Source: Dehalococcoidia bacterium (GTDB lineage: Bacteria > Chloroflexota > Dehalococcoidia > DSTF01 > RBG-16-68-14). Taken from it: 50,481 nucleotides of DNA. The first letter of the stretch is position 1. Every line of letters begins with the position of its first letter. Location of the stretch: NCBI GenBank assembly GCA_040882355.1, contig JBBEBM010000004.1:62001-112481 (forward strand), read 5' to 3'. The notes under the pieces are model-generated. The model was not told where the DNA came from. It worked only from the letters and a program-made list of their open reading frames with translations, and searched no databases. Made by a program: the position numbers and the translations under genes. Of the stretch, positions 20,433 to 31,101 are shown piece by piece.

Positions 20433-22343
20433 CTAAGCCGCGCGGCCAAGTGCCCGCTCCAGCGCCGCCTCCTGTTCGGAAGTGACGGGACCAAAGAGAA
20501 AGCTCAGCAGTCTGTCGCGCGCGCCGGGCGGGAAGGTCGTGAAGAGCATTCCCGCGCCGTACCTGCGGCCCTGGGCGGTTTCGACGATCCGGCTGTGGCG
20601 CGCCACGCCGGCCACAGTCAGTGGACCGTCAGGGAGCTCCAGCACTGCGCGCAAGGGAGTTCCGGGGTCGAGTTCTTCGAGGCTCAGGAACCCAACGCCT
20701 TCGGCGTTCAGATCGAAGCTCACGGTTGATGTGTAACGCTGAGGCTTGCGGTCGATGGCAAAGCGCAGCGGGATCTCGACAGGGAATCGGTACGTGCTCC
20801 TACGGTAGCGGCGCTTTAGGATTAGCCCCGCACCCATGCCAATGATACCGACGTTGTAGAGAGCCCACAGGCCCGTGATGTAGACGCCGAACTTGATTCC
20901 CGGCTCGGCTTCGCTCGGCAGGACGCGGAGGTATGCCCACGTCAGCGCGAAGACGGTCAGTCCAACCAGCGCGAAATACGGCGAGAGAAGCGTAAGGTCC
21001 GTCCGTCGCCGCTTCAAGCCGCCGGTCACGGACTTTGGCGTTACGCGGAACCGGATCGGCCGGCCCCACAGGAGCGCAATACTCGCCCACACGAACACGG
21101 TCGACTTGAGCACATTGAATTGCTCCGTGAGAAAGTAGCGCCCTCTTCCGCGCGACAAGAGGCTGTTGGCGAGTTGCGCGAGTAGAAAGTAGGGAGCGAA
21201 GCGAATCAGAAACTCGAAGCCCATGGAGCGCATCGGTAGCGTGCCTGTCGTCAGCACCACCAGCGGCACGATCAAGAGCACCAGCTTTTGGTGCGCCTCG
21301 AAGTAGGTGCTCATTGACGCCCAGTAGTTGATTCGCTGGCGCCAGTTGAGGCCGCGGACGAGGAGCGGATTGTCGGAACGCAAGAGTTGCATCGCGCCCT
21401 GCGCCCAGCGCAGCCGCTGGGTCAGGAACGCCCCGTAGTCGGCCGGTGCGATACCGGTGGCAAGCGTCCGGTTGAGGTAGCGGCTCTTCCAGCCCGCCTG
21501 GTGCAAGCGCATTGAGGTGTGGATGTCTTCAGTAACGGTTCCGACGGCAACTCCGCCCACGCCTTCTAGCGCGCTGCGGCGCAGGAGCGCGTTGCTCCCG
21601 CACCAGAACGCCGCGTTCATCCGGTCTTTGCCGGGTTGGATGACGGAGTAGAACAGGGTCTGCTCGTGCCAGACGTCGCCGGTGCGCGGGTCCGACACGT
21701 GCTGCACCGAGTCAAGGTTGTAAAAGTCTTGTGGCGTCTGGACCAGTGCCAGACGATCATCCTGGAAGAACCCCAGCGTCCTAACCAAGAAGTCGGGGTG
21801 CGGTACCTGGTCCGCGTCAAACACCGCGATAAACTGGCCATCCGTTTGGCTGAGCGCGTTATTGATGTTGCCAGCCTTGGCGTGCGTGTTAGCTGGGCGC
21901 GTCAGGTAGTGGCAGCCCAGCTCCACCGCTAGGCGCTCCACCTCAAGTCGCTGGCCGTCATCGAGGAGGTAGGTCTCATGCGGGCGCTCCATCGCGAGGC
22001 AACCCAACGCTGTCGCGCGTAGGATCGAGATGTCCTCGTTGTAGGTGGTGATGAAGACGTCCACGCTGGTGTGCGCCGGCGGCGGCGGCTCATCGACTTC
22101 TGGTATTCGCCAGACCATGAACAGGAACATGGTGAAACTGAGAAAGCCGTAGATCTCGGCGAGCAGGAGCGGAACTGAGAGCCAGAGGGCATGCAAGTTC
22201 AAGGACGCCGTGACCCGCCAGAAGAGGTAATAGCAGGCAACGGCCACGAAGAGCAGCCCAGCGGCTCTCGCCGCCGCCTCGCGCGAAGCGTCCGGCCTGC
22301 CCTTTCCGGCGAGCTTCCTGCGTGCCTCAGTTAGGGCGTTCAT
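20433..22343 (-). CDS. BcsA-like GT2 polysaccharide synthase with PilZ domain
   Basis: DDG, HAKAGNIN, DAD, QTPQ, FWCGS, TED, QRLRW; PilZ RxxxR (RRSTYR) and DLNAEG. Confidence 0.92.
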   Translation of the reverse strand: MNALTEARRKLAGKGRPDASREAAARAAGLLFVAVACYYLFWRVTASLNLHALWLSVPLLLAEIYGFLSFTMFLFMVWRIPEVDEPPPPAHTSVDVFITTYNEDISILRATALGCLAMERPHETYLLDDGQRLEVERLAVELGCHYLTRPANTHAKAGNINNALSQTDGQFIAVFDADQVPHPDFLVRTLGFFQDDRLALVQTPQDFYNLDSVQHVSDPRTGDVWHEQTLFYSVIQPGKDRMNAAFWCGSNALLRRSALEGVGGVAVGTVTEDIHTSMRLHQAGWKSRYLNRTLATGIAPADYGAFLTQRLRWAQGAMQLLRSDNPLLVRGLNWRQRINYWASMSTYFEAHQKLVLLIVPLVVLTTGTLPMRSMGFEFLIRFAPYFLLAQLANSLLSRGRGRYFLTEQFNVLKSTVFVWASIALLWGRPIRFRVTPKSVTGGLKRRRTDLTLLSPYFALVGLTVFALTWAYLRVLPSEAEPGIKFGVYITGLWALYNVGIIGMGAGLILKRRYRRSTYRFPVEIPLRFAIDRKPQRYTSTVSFDLNAEGVGFLSLEELDPGTPLRAVLELPDGPLTVAGVARHSRIVETAQGRRYGAGMLFTTFPPGARDRLLSFLFGPVTSEQEAALERALGRAA

Positions 22344-22423
22344 CTGCGATCCTCAGTGGATACCCCTAAGGGGCTTTTCGGCAACAGGATGCCGCGGAAG
22401 CAGCCCCGCTGACTCGTCCTATT

Positions 22424-22453
22424 TCCGACTCAGGCACGTCCGACTCAGGCACG
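22424..22453. repeat. Perfect 15-bp tandem duplication
   Basis: TCCGACTCAGGCACG x2. Confidence 0.9.
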
Positions 22454-22631
22454 CTGACAAGGGGCCATGGCTCTAGCGGCCAGGTACGTCCCGCCTTGCC
22501 AGCAGCGGCTCGCGGTCCACGCCTTGGGGCATCGCTATGGCGAGATAGTGCCCCCGAGGACCGCTGACGGTCAAGCACCGACGGGCAGGTAACATCTCGC
22601 GGCCGGCGGACGATATCCTAAGTGGGTGCAG

Positions 22632-23165
22632 ATGCGTGTAGGCGCGGTCATCGTCGGGCTGATCTTTCTCTTCCTCATCGCCCGCGGCGTTGGGGCGGCT
22701 ACCGTTGCCCTAGTGGTGGCCGGCCTCGTCCTGCTGACAGGCGCGGCCACGCTCGTCTCGGCGTTCGCCGCGGGATCGAGGCGCGAGACGGCGGAACAAT
22801 CGCCGTGGGCAGAGGACGTAGCTGCGGACGTGCCCGGCGACCCCGGTGATACCCTACCGCGCCCTGCCCATCCAGCCGCTCCGTACATCGTGACGGCGCT
22901 CGCCGTGGCGATGGTGTTCGTTGGCGTCTGCGGCGTCCGGCTCCTCGACGCAAGAGGCGACTCATTCGACGCCCCTGCCTCGCTCACGGGTCCCATCTTG
23001 CCAACCATGTCGCCACCGATCACACCAACGTCGACTTCTCAACCAGCATCGACGCCGAACGATGTGATCGCTATCTCTACGCCTGAGACGCTCCCCACGG
23101 ACAGTCTCGCCCCCGAAGAAGCTGACCGCTGTCCGCGGGGCAAGCAGAAGCACGGCCGGTGCTAG
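22632..23165 (+). CDS. Hypothetical membrane protein with Pro/Thr tail
   Basis: Three hydrophobic segments, PT-rich tail, ends CPRGKQKHGRC. Confidence 0.55.
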   Translation: MRVGAVIVGLIFLFLIARGVGAATVALVVAGLVLLTGAATLVSAFAAGSRRETAEQSPWAEDVAADVPGDPGDTLPRPAHPAAPYIVTALAVAMVFVGVCGVRLLDARGDSFDAPASLTGPILPTMSPPITPTSTSQPASTPNDVIAISTPETLPTDSLAPEEADRCPRGKQKHGRC

Positions 23166-23191
23166 TCCAGTAAGGACGCGAGCCTGCGGTA

Positions 23192-23330
23192 TCAGCTGCC
23201 ACTGTCGCAGGACCCGCGCGCGTTTGCCGCCTTACAGCGGCCGCACCGAACCTCCCAAGGCTGCGTCAGCCGCTCGCCCAGCTTCCGGTTGCAGCGCCAG
23301 CAGCGCGGGGCGACGGATGTTTTCTCGCGT
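23192..23330 (-). CDS. Com-like zinc ribbon protein (start uncertain)
   Basis: RCWRCNRKL...VRCGRCKAAN. Confidence 0.55.
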
Positions 23331-23774
23331 AGAGGATCTGTTGGAGAACAAACATCGTCTTCGCGCACCTTAGCTTCAGAACCCTTCACCGAATGTCGAG
23401 GAGCTTGGCCTTCAGCACCCGCCGCATGAATGTCGCTCTGGACGCGCCACGCCCGGCGTCGTAGCGGTCGCGCTGGCGCCACCAATGGACGAGCGCTTCC
23501 TGGATCAGGTCGTCCTCGGTCAGGTGGTGCCAGAGGTGCGGGCGTGTGCTCCAGAAGTCCTCGCAGACGCGCTCCGCAAGTTGGAGCTCCCAGTCCTCGA
23601 AGCCGCTCTGCGGTGGCGAGTCAGCGGGAGGGTGCGCAGAGTGACACCCTCTTCATCTACGCCTTTTTTCGCTCCGCCAACATTGCGGAGGTCAGCGGAG
23701 GAACTCCGGAGGTCTTCGCCCTCTAGGCAGCCCGACAGATCGCGGACGGTTTCCGTATAGGAACCTTGAGGACC

Positions 23775-23963
23775 ATGCGGAAGACCGTTCGCCGCTACGT
23801 ACCGAGCGACCAAGCCCGAGAGCGCGGGCCGCGCCTTGCCGCCCTCCTGGCGTTGGGCCTCGAACGGCTACTTCGAAAAGAGTCGCCTAAGGCGCTTGAT
23901 ATCCCCGCGAATCTATCGCTATATGGCGATGCCCCGCCCGACCCGGCGGAGGAGGAGCAGTAG
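23775..23963 (+). CDS. Small hypothetical protein preceding recombinase
   Basis: GAGG RBS; ends 3 nt before recombinase start. Confidence 0.5.
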   Translation: MRKTVRRYVPSDQARERGPRLAALLALGLERLLRKESPKALDIPANLSLYGDAPPDPAEEEQ

Positions 23964-23966
23964 CGC

Positions 23967-24419
23967 GTGGTACTCGAAGCGCCAGCCCGACCGAGCCTGA
24001 ACGGCCACCACGAGGTGCCGGTGCGCCGCGTCGCGCTCGTTGCGAGGGTGAGCACCGACCGCCAGGCGGCCAACCCGGAAGGCTCCCTCACGACCCAGCT
24101 CCAGCGGCTGCGCCAGCACATCGAGTACAAGTGCTCGGTGGCCGGCGAAGAGTGGCGGGAAGTGGAGGTCTACGAGCTACGGGCGGTGTCAGGCAAGGAC
24201 TCGATGCGGAGCGACGAGTACGAGGAGCTGTTCGCCGTCATCAGGGCCGGGCGCGTCAACACGATCTTGTGTACGGCGCTCGAACGGCTCTGCCGGTCGG
24301 TGAAGGACTTCCTCCACTTCGTCGAGTTCATCAACGAGCACGGGGCGGAGTTCGTCTGCCTGAAGCAAGCCTACGACACGACCACGCCGCAGGGGCGGCT
24401 CACTTCAGGTGAAGGGTAG
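23967..24419 (+). pseudogene. Serine recombinase catalytic domain, truncated
   Basis: VARVSTDRQ, SGK, ERLCRS, YDTTTPQGRL then early stop. Confidence 0.88.
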
Positions 24420-25158
24420 GGCTCTCCAAGGGCGACATGAATGGGCGCGCAGCATTCTGGAGGTCAATGCGCCCACGGTGTCTGCCACGCCACCACCAGG
24501 CCATTTGGACGCCTGGATTCAATTGGTCGCTCATTTGCTCTCGTGCCTGAACGATGTCGGAGACAAGAAAAACGCCCTCATCTGGTTTGGGCGGCTCGAG
24601 CCGTACGGCCACCTCATCGTCCCACACGGCTGTCCTGCACTCGAGTTGGGCCGCGCAGCGCGTCTCAACGAACAATGGTCGGATGCCTTTCACTGGTTCG
24701 AGCAGGCTCTGGAGTGGTCAGTTCGAGAAAGGGCTCGGCCTTTCGCCGCCATTACCATACTCGAGCTCGGCCTCCTCCATTGGCGCCGCGGCCAGGGTGA
24801 CGACCTGCGCCACGCGCGTCGGCGCTTAGAGGAGTCGATCGATCTGTTCGAGAAGCTAGGCATGCACCGCCACCGCGACCAGGCAGTCCGCAATCTTAAG
24901 GGCGTGTGTCAGCGCCCAGCTGGGGGTTTAACCGAGCGGCAGAAGCAGATCGCGCGGCTCGTGGCTGCAGGAAACACCGACCGTCAGATCGCGCGACTGC
25001 TGTATCTTTCCGAGAAGACAGTAGCGCGGCATGTTCACAATATCCTTGTCAAGCTGTCCTTGCCTAACCGGACAGCCCTTGCGACTTGGGCTAGCAAGAA
25101 TGGGTTGGACCCTCAGGAGACAGGGCCGCCAAACGAGTCGGCGGGCGACCGTACATAG
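24409..25158 (+). pseudogene. C-terminal TPR + LuxR HTH fragment of a large regulator
   Basis: LTERQKQIARLVAAGNTDRQIARLLYLSEKTVARHVHNILVKL; begins at recombinase break. Confidence 0.75.
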
Positions 25159-25191
25159 TCCCACTCACAAATCTTCTTTTTCTCGATAGAT

Positions 25192-25227
25192 ACAGGAGCG
25201 CCCCGAAAGGGGTGCTCCTGTTGTCTT
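25192..25227 (+). terminator. Intrinsic terminator
   Basis: ACAGGAGCGCCCC-GAAA-GGGGTGCTCCTGT then T-rich tail. Confidence 0.75.
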
Positions 25228-25544
25228 CGTCTCGCCGGCCAGCATTATCGGCGCATAGAGGTAGCCAATTGCGGGGCCTCCGGCGGGCGCCTGCTCGGAG
25301 CGCTACACTTACGACGCCTACGTCACTCCCGAGCGTCTCGTCGATCGTGCCGTCGCCGTTCGGGTCCTTGTCCAGCGTCAGCCACTCGCGGAGCTTGGCG
25401 ACCGTCACACCCCAGGGCAATCACAGCGTGGCTGCCGCACAGCCCGGACGCCCCGGCCATCCTCGTCCCTGGAGACATGCCAGGCAGCGACGTTCTTATC
25501 CCGCTCCAACAGCCTCTGCTGCCCCGCCCTAGAGCCGCCTTGAC

Positions 25545-25869
25545 GCGCTCCGACCACGAAGAGGCCAAGCCACACGGCATCACGGTGACGTGTCTGTGTC
25601 CGGGCCCGGTGAGAACCGAGTTCCAGCACCTGGCCGGCATCAAGTCAGACCGGATGCGCGGCCGAGTCGTGCTCCGTTATATGGCCGGGACAAGCGCGGT
25701 CGAAGTTGTGGCTGCAGCGATTGAAGCCATGGAGGCGGGCAAGGCCGTAGTGATTCCAGGCGCAGTCAACCGCGCGATCGTGGAGACGGCCCAGGCATTA
25801 CCCCGTTGCGTTGTCCGGCGGATGGCCGGCGCCGCATTCGAAGGCCAGGCTCGGCGCGAACGGCCGTGA
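25545..25869 (+). pseudogene. C-terminal fragment of SDR oxidoreductase
   Basis: HEEAKPHGITVTCLCPGPVRTEF...VIPGAVN; no GxxxGxG or YxxxK. Confidence 0.75.
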
Positions 25870-26014
25870 TGAGAGACCCAGACAGTCCTAGGCCCGAGGT
25901 TGCCGCCGGCGGTCTGACGGTGCGGGTGTCTGGCCTCGATCTCTTCGCGATTCCGGGGCGGTTCGGCACTAGCGACGATCCGGCCATCGATCCGCCGCCG
26001 ACGACGGGGCTCGG

Positions 26015-27580
26015 CTAGCCGCCTGCGACAGTCCGGGCGCGCTCGCGCTCGATCAGCTCGCGACGGAGGATCTTCCCCGAGAGGCTCCGCGGCACAACCT
26101 CGACGAACTCGACCTCGCGTAGGCGCTTGTGCGGGGCAACCCGATCCGCGACGAAGCGCATGAGTTCCTGCGAGTCCGGCTCGTGGCCCGGGCGAGGCAA
26201 CACGAACGCCTTCGGCACTTCACCCGAGCGAGCGTCGGGCTTGCCTATCACTGCCACGTCGAGCACCGCCGGGTGCTCGAGCAACAGCGCTTCCAACTCC
26301 GCCGGCGCGACTTGGAATCCTTTGTACTTGATCAGCTCCTTCCTGCGATCGACGATGTACACGTAGCCGTCCTCGTCCGCGCGCGCGATGTCTCCCGTGT
26401 GGAGCCAGCCGTCCGCCGTGACGGTGTTCGCCGTCTCTTCTGGCTTGCCCCAGTAGCCGAGCATGATCTGCGGCCCGCGCACGCACAGTTCGCCCTCCTC
26501 GTCGTAGCCCAACTCGCGGCCGTCTTCGAGAGAGACAATCTTCTCTTCCGTATCGGCGAGCGGCTTCCCTACCGACGGCGGGCGGGCGCCCTCCAGTAGG
26601 TCGACGTTCGCCGCGGCGGTCGTCTCCGTCATGCCGTACCCCTGGAGGACGGGCACGTTGAACAGCCGTGAGGCCGTCTCCGCGATCTCCGGCGACAGCG
26701 GGGCGGCGCCGCTGAGGATGTAGCGGAGCGACAACGTATCGTGGCGGCTCGCATCGTGGACGTTCGCCAGTGCCAGCAAGGCGGGGGGCACGACGAAGAG
26801 GCTGGTGACCCCGTGGCGCTCCACCAATTCCAGGCATTCCTCGGGGTCGAACCGCGGCATGATCACCTGCGTCGCCCCGCTGGCGAAACCACCGTTCATC
26901 AGAACGGTCATGCCGTACGTGTGGAAGAAGGGCAGGAAGTCCAGGAAGACCGAACCCTCACTCGCGAGACCGGTGCCGAGCATCTGCTCGGCGTTCGCGA
27001 CAAGGTTCGCGTGGGAGATCATCACGCCTTTCGGCAGTCCTGTGGTGCCGCTTGAATAGGGAAGCGACACCAGGCTTGCGGCGGGATCGCCCGGCACGGG
27101 CGCGGGCTCGGGCGGGGCCTCCTGCGCCATGGGCCAAAGGTCCTCCATGGCCCACACGTGGCGGATCTGGGGCAACTGATCTCTGATGGCCTCAAACGTC
27201 GGGGCCAGCAAGCCCATGACGAACACGGCCGACGCCTCGCAGTCCTGCAACTGCGTAACCACCTCGTGCGGCTTGTAGAGCGGGTTCAGCGTGGTGACGA
27301 CCGCGCCCGCGTGCATGGCTCCCTGAAACGCGACGAGATACTCGGGCACGTTCGCTGACAGGATCGCGATGCGCTCGCCGGGTTGGATGCCCTGGTCCTG
27401 CAAGAACCGCCCCACGCACAGGCCGTCGTGCCAGACCTGGCGGAACGTAAACGTCCTGCCGTCCGTGGTGATGAGCGCGGGCCCGTCGCCGAACCTCTCG
27501 GCGGCGCGCGCAAGGTACGCGCTCACGGTCATCTGTTGCGTGTCCAGCGGCAGAGGCTTCAGGTGGCTGCGGATGATCAT
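26015..27580 (-). CDS. Acyl-CoA ligase (4CL/long-chain type)
   Basis: YSSGTTGLPKG, GYGMTE, LHTGD, DRRKELIK, SGKILR. Alternative start 27622. Confidence 0.93.
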   Translation of the reverse strand: MIIRSHLKPLPLDTQQMTVSAYLARAAERFGDGPALITTDGRTFTFRQVWHDGLCVGRFLQDQGIQPGERIAILSANVPEYLVAFQGAMHAGAVVTTLNPLYKPHEVVTQLQDCEASAVFVMGLLAPTFEAIRDQLPQIRHVWAMEDLWPMAQEAPPEPAPVPGDPAASLVSLPYSSGTTGLPKGVMISHANLVANAEQMLGTGLASEGSVFLDFLPFFHTYGMTVLMNGGFASGATQVIMPRFDPEECLELVERHGVTSLFVVPPALLALANVHDASRHDTLSLRYILSGAAPLSPEIAETASRLFNVPVLQGYGMTETTAAANVDLLEGARPPSVGKPLADTEEKIVSLEDGRELGYDEEGELCVRGPQIMLGYWGKPEETANTVTADGWLHTGDIARADEDGYVYIVDRRKELIKYKGFQVAPAELEALLLEHPAVLDVAVIGKPDARSGEVPKAFVLPRPGHEPDSQELMRFVADRVAPHKRLREVEFVEVVPRSLSGKILRRELIERERARTVAGG

Positions 27581-27781
27581 GGCTGTTTCATTGCCGCTTC
27601 TCGGCCTGTCTGGTAACATCATGCCGCCTGACCGGCTGCGCCGCGAAGTGCCACATGGCCCCCGATGGGCGTGTCAGATCGAGCCGTTCGGCTCGTGACG
27701 AGGCGCGGGCCCTCTGTCAGGATGAGCGGAACACAGCCTCACGCGACCTCAGGACGATGGCGAGTTGAGCGGGAGGGCAGC

Positions 27782-28666
27782 TTGGAAGAGTTCGTTCAAC
27801 AATTCACCACGGGTCTGGCTACGGGGAGCGTGTATGCGGCCCTGGCCCTCGCCCTGGTGCTCGTCTACCAATCGACCGGCGTCGTGAACTTCGCCCAAGG
27901 CGAGATGGCGATGTTCTCGACGTTCATGGCGTGGTCGCTGCTGACGCGGATGGAATACTGGCCCGCGTTCTTCGTAGCGCTCCTCCTGGCCGCCGTGATG
28001 GGAGCGGCGATAGAGCGCCTGGCGATGCGGCCAGTGGAGCGGGCGCCCGTGATTAACGCGGTCATCGTGACGCTCGGCCTCTTCACTGTGCTCAACAGCA
28101 TTGCGCTCTGGCTCTACGGAGGTGTTCCCAAGCCATTCCCGCTGCCTGCTGTCTTCGACGGCTCGCCCCTGTCGATTGGGGAAGTGACCGTCAGCCGGTT
28201 GAACATCGGCATCTTCTGCATGGCGTTGCTGATCATGGTTGCCCTCTTTGCGTTCTTGAACGGCACGAAGTGGGGCCTGGCTATGCGCGCCGTGGCGCAG
28301 AATCCGGCGGCCTCAAGGTTGGTCGGCATACCCGTCGGACGCATGCTGACGCTCGGCTGGGCGCTGGCGGCGGCCGTCGGCGCCGTCGCAGGCATGCTGC
28401 TTGCTCCGCTCCTTTCGCTGCAGCCTAGCATGATGTTCGGCGTGCTGATCTTCGCGGTCGCAGCCGCGGTGTTGGGAGGCCTGAACAGCCTGCCTGGCGC
28501 GATCGTCGGCGGCCTCACACTCGGGGTCACGCAGAACCTGGCCAATACGTACCTCACACCCCACACCGGATCGATCGACGTCACGATCGCCTTTCTCGTC
28601 ATCGTCATCGTTCTCCTGGTGCGTCCAACCGGCCTGCTGGGCCACACCGTGAAGCGGAGAGTGTGA
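27782..28666 (+). CDS. Liv-type ABC permease (LivH-like)
   Basis: VVNFAQGE, GLAMRAVAQN, LVRPTGLLG. Confidence 0.93.
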   Translation: MEEFVQQFTTGLATGSVYAALALALVLVYQSTGVVNFAQGEMAMFSTFMAWSLLTRMEYWPAFFVALLLAAVMGAAIERLAMRPVERAPVINAVIVTLGLFTVLNSIALWLYGGVPKPFPLPAVFDGSPLSIGEVTVSRLNIGIFCMALLIMVALFAFLNGTKWGLAMRAVAQNPAASRLVGIPVGRMLTLGWALAAAVGAVAGMLLAPLLSLQPSMMFGVLIFAVAAAVLGGLNSLPGAIVGGLTLGVTQNLANTYLTPHTGSIDVTIAFLVIVIVLLVRPTGLLGHTVKRRV

Positions 28667-28667
28667 G

Positions 28668-29774
28668 ATGGCCCCTCAACTTCGCGTCGCGCTGGTCGCC
28701 GCCTCACTCCTGCTGCTCTTGGCCTTTCCGTACCTTGAGACGTGGCCCTTCTTTGGAGCGTTCCTCAACGAGTTTCGGACGTTTCAGGCCGCGCAGTTCG
28801 GTGTCTGGCTGACCGTCCTGGTGGGCCTCAATCTGCTCACCGGCTACAGCGGTCAGATCTCGCTGGGACACGGCGCGTTCGTCGCGATCGGGGCGTACGC
28901 CGCGGCGATCATGATGAGCGACCTTGGAGTGCCCCTCTACGTCGCCGTCCCCGCTGCGGGTCTTGCCACGGGCGTGATCGGCCTTGTCCTCGGCATTCCG
29001 GCGCTGCGATTTACGGGGCCCTACTTGGCCATCGCGACGCTGGCGATGATGATCGCTTTTCCCCAGGTCATGAAGTTGAACGGGATCAGCGCCTGGACGG
29101 GCGGCAATCAGGGGATCATGCTCGACGAACCACGCGCGCCGGCGCTCCTCGATGGCTTGGTCACGGACCGGCAGTGGCTCTACTACTGCTGCATCGTCCC
29201 GGCCGTGCTCTTGCTCGGGGTGGCCTGGAACCTGACGCGCTCGCGCATCGGCCGGGCTCTGCGCGCGCTCCGGGACACTGAGATCGGAGCCGAGCAGATG
29301 GGCATCCATGTCGCGCTCTACAAGATGACAGCGTTCGGCCTCAGCGCGTTCTACGCGGGCATCGGCGGGGCGCTCTTCGTCTTCAGCTCGTCGTTTATCA
29401 GCCCGCAGAGCTTCGACGTGACCATCTCGATCACGATGCTGGTCATGATCGTATTGGGTGGACTCGCCTCGATCCCTGGAACGATCATCGCGGCGGTGAT
29501 CATGACGTTCCGGAACGAGATCGTGAATGGCCTGGCCGGGATCGGCCTGCTCGAGGCGTTCGGCGCCCTCGTTCCAGGCGAGCAGCAGTCGCCGGACACG
29601 CTGCGCGGAGCGCTCTACGGACTCATGCTGATCAGTACGGTCATGCTCGTGCCGCGCGGCATCGCGGGGTTCCTCGACGACATGCGCAAGACGGGTCCGC
29701 GCCAGTCAGTCGTGGCGGCACGCCAAGCGCTCGCCGGCTGGGTGTCCCGGCCGGAACGAAGACAAGCCCGCTAG
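28668..29774 (+). CDS. Liv-type ABC permease (LivM-like)
   Basis: GYSGQISLGHGAF, GPYLAIATL, GRALRALRD. Confidence 0.93.
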   Translation: MAPQLRVALVAASLLLLLAFPYLETWPFFGAFLNEFRTFQAAQFGVWLTVLVGLNLLTGYSGQISLGHGAFVAIGAYAAAIMMSDLGVPLYVAVPAAGLATGVIGLVLGIPALRFTGPYLAIATLAMMIAFPQVMKLNGISAWTGGNQGIMLDEPRAPALLDGLVTDRQWLYYCCIVPAVLLLGVAWNLTRSRIGRALRALRDTEIGAEQMGIHVALYKMTAFGLSAFYAGIGGALFVFSSSFISPQSFDVTISITMLVMIVLGGLASIPGTIIAAVIMTFRNEIVNGLAGIGLLEAFGALVPGEQQSPDTLRGALYGLMLISTVMLVPRGIAGFLDDMRKTGPRQSVVAARQALAGWVSRPERRQAR

Positions 29775-29796
29775 CAGATAGCCAGGGAGGAAGACC

Positions 29797-31068
29797 ATGC
29801 GCAGATACGTACATCGAATTGGGCTGCTTGTGGCCGCCGGTCTAGTCGTCGCCCTGCTCGGCGCCTGCACGGAGGAGGATGCCGCTGGCGATCCCACCGC
29901 GACGAATGCCGACGCGACGGGTGAGCCATCGGCCGGCGATGCCACCGGGGTCAGCGACACCGAGATCAAGCTGGGCAGCCACATGCCGCTCAGCCAGTCG
30001 CCGGCAGCCGCCTACGCGATCATCGCGGACGGCATGCAGGCCTACTTCGACTACATCAACGAAACGGAGGGAGGCGTTGAGGGCCGCAAGATCACGCTGT
30101 TGGTGGGAGATGACCACTACTCGCCGCCGGACACGCTGGAGGTCGTGCGGAGGTTGGTGGAGCAGGATAAGGTGTTCGCCATCGTCGGGGGCCTGGGCGA
30201 GTCAACGCACTTCCAGGTCTGGAAATACCTGGAGGAGCGCGGCGTGCCGGACCTCTTCATCTCGTCCGGCATCGAGGACTGGACCGACCCGGTCGTCAAG
30301 ACCCGCTTCGGCGGCAATCCGGTCTACAGCCAAGAAGGCCGGATGCTGGGGCAGTACATCGCTTCGGAGTACCCGGGCAAGAAGCTCGGCCTCCTCGTCC
30401 AGGATGACGCGTTCGGGCATGAGGGGGAGGCCGGGGTCCGCCAGGGGATCGAGGGAAGCGATGTCGAAATCACCACGGTCCAAACGTACGATCCCGCCAA
30501 CCTCCTGGGCGACGTGACCGGCCAGACGCAACGCCTCAAGAACGAGGGCGTGGACGTCGTCGCGGCGTATGCCCTCCCGCCGCAGGCCGCGAGTTTGATC
30601 AAGACTGCCCGCGAGGTCCTCAACTGGGACGTCCCGGTCGTCATCTCGGGAGTCAACGCGTCCGACGCCTTCGTCCAGCTCGCCGGCGTCGAAAACGCAG
30701 AGGGCGTGGTAACGGTCTTGTTTGGTCATCAGACCTGGGAAACGGACAATCCTGGCGTCCAGCAGTTCCTCCATGTGATGGAGACGTATGCGCCTGGAGC
30801 GTCGGTTGAGAACTTCAGCGAATACGGCTACATCATCGCGGAGCTCACGGTAGAAGCGCTGAAGCGGGCTGGCCCGGAACTCACCCGTGAAGCCCTCACC
30901 GACGCGCTCGAGTCGATGAAGGCCTATCAGTGCTCAATCTGCATCGCGCCAATCAGCTTCAGCCCGACCGACCACCGCCCATTCGAGATCGAGACCTACG
31001 TCCGGTTGGAAAACGGGAAATGGGTGCCCTTCGGCGACCTCGTGGATTTCGAGTCGACGCCGGACTGA
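29797..31068 (+). CDS. ABC substrate-binding lipoprotein 1
   Basis: Lipobox LLGAC, GVSDTEIKLG, DDHYSP. Confidence 0.9.
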   Translation: MRRYVHRIGLLVAAGLVVALLGACTEEDAAGDPTATNADATGEPSAGDATGVSDTEIKLGSHMPLSQSPAAAYAIIADGMQAYFDYINETEGGVEGRKITLLVGDDHYSPPDTLEVVRRLVEQDKVFAIVGGLGESTHFQVWKYLEERGVPDLFISSGIEDWTDPVVKTRFGGNPVYSQEGRMLGQYIASEYPGKKLGLLVQDDAFGHEGEAGVRQGIEGSDVEITTVQTYDPANLLGDVTGQTQRLKNEGVDVVAAYALPPQAASLIKTAREVLNWDVPVVISGVNASDAFVQLAGVENAEGVVTVLFGHQTWETDNPGVQQFLHVMETYAPGASVENFSEYGYIIAELTVEALKRAGPELTREALTDALESMKAYQCSICIAPISFSPTDHRPFEIETYVRLENGKWVPFGDLVDFESTPD

Positions 31069-31101
31069 TCTGAGGACTGACCAGTGCGAAGAGGAGCAAG
31101 G

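Noticed and set aside
22344..22620. c-di-GMP or c-di-AMP riboswitch upstream of the synthase
   Set aside because: Could not match consensus by eye; an Rfam scan would decide.
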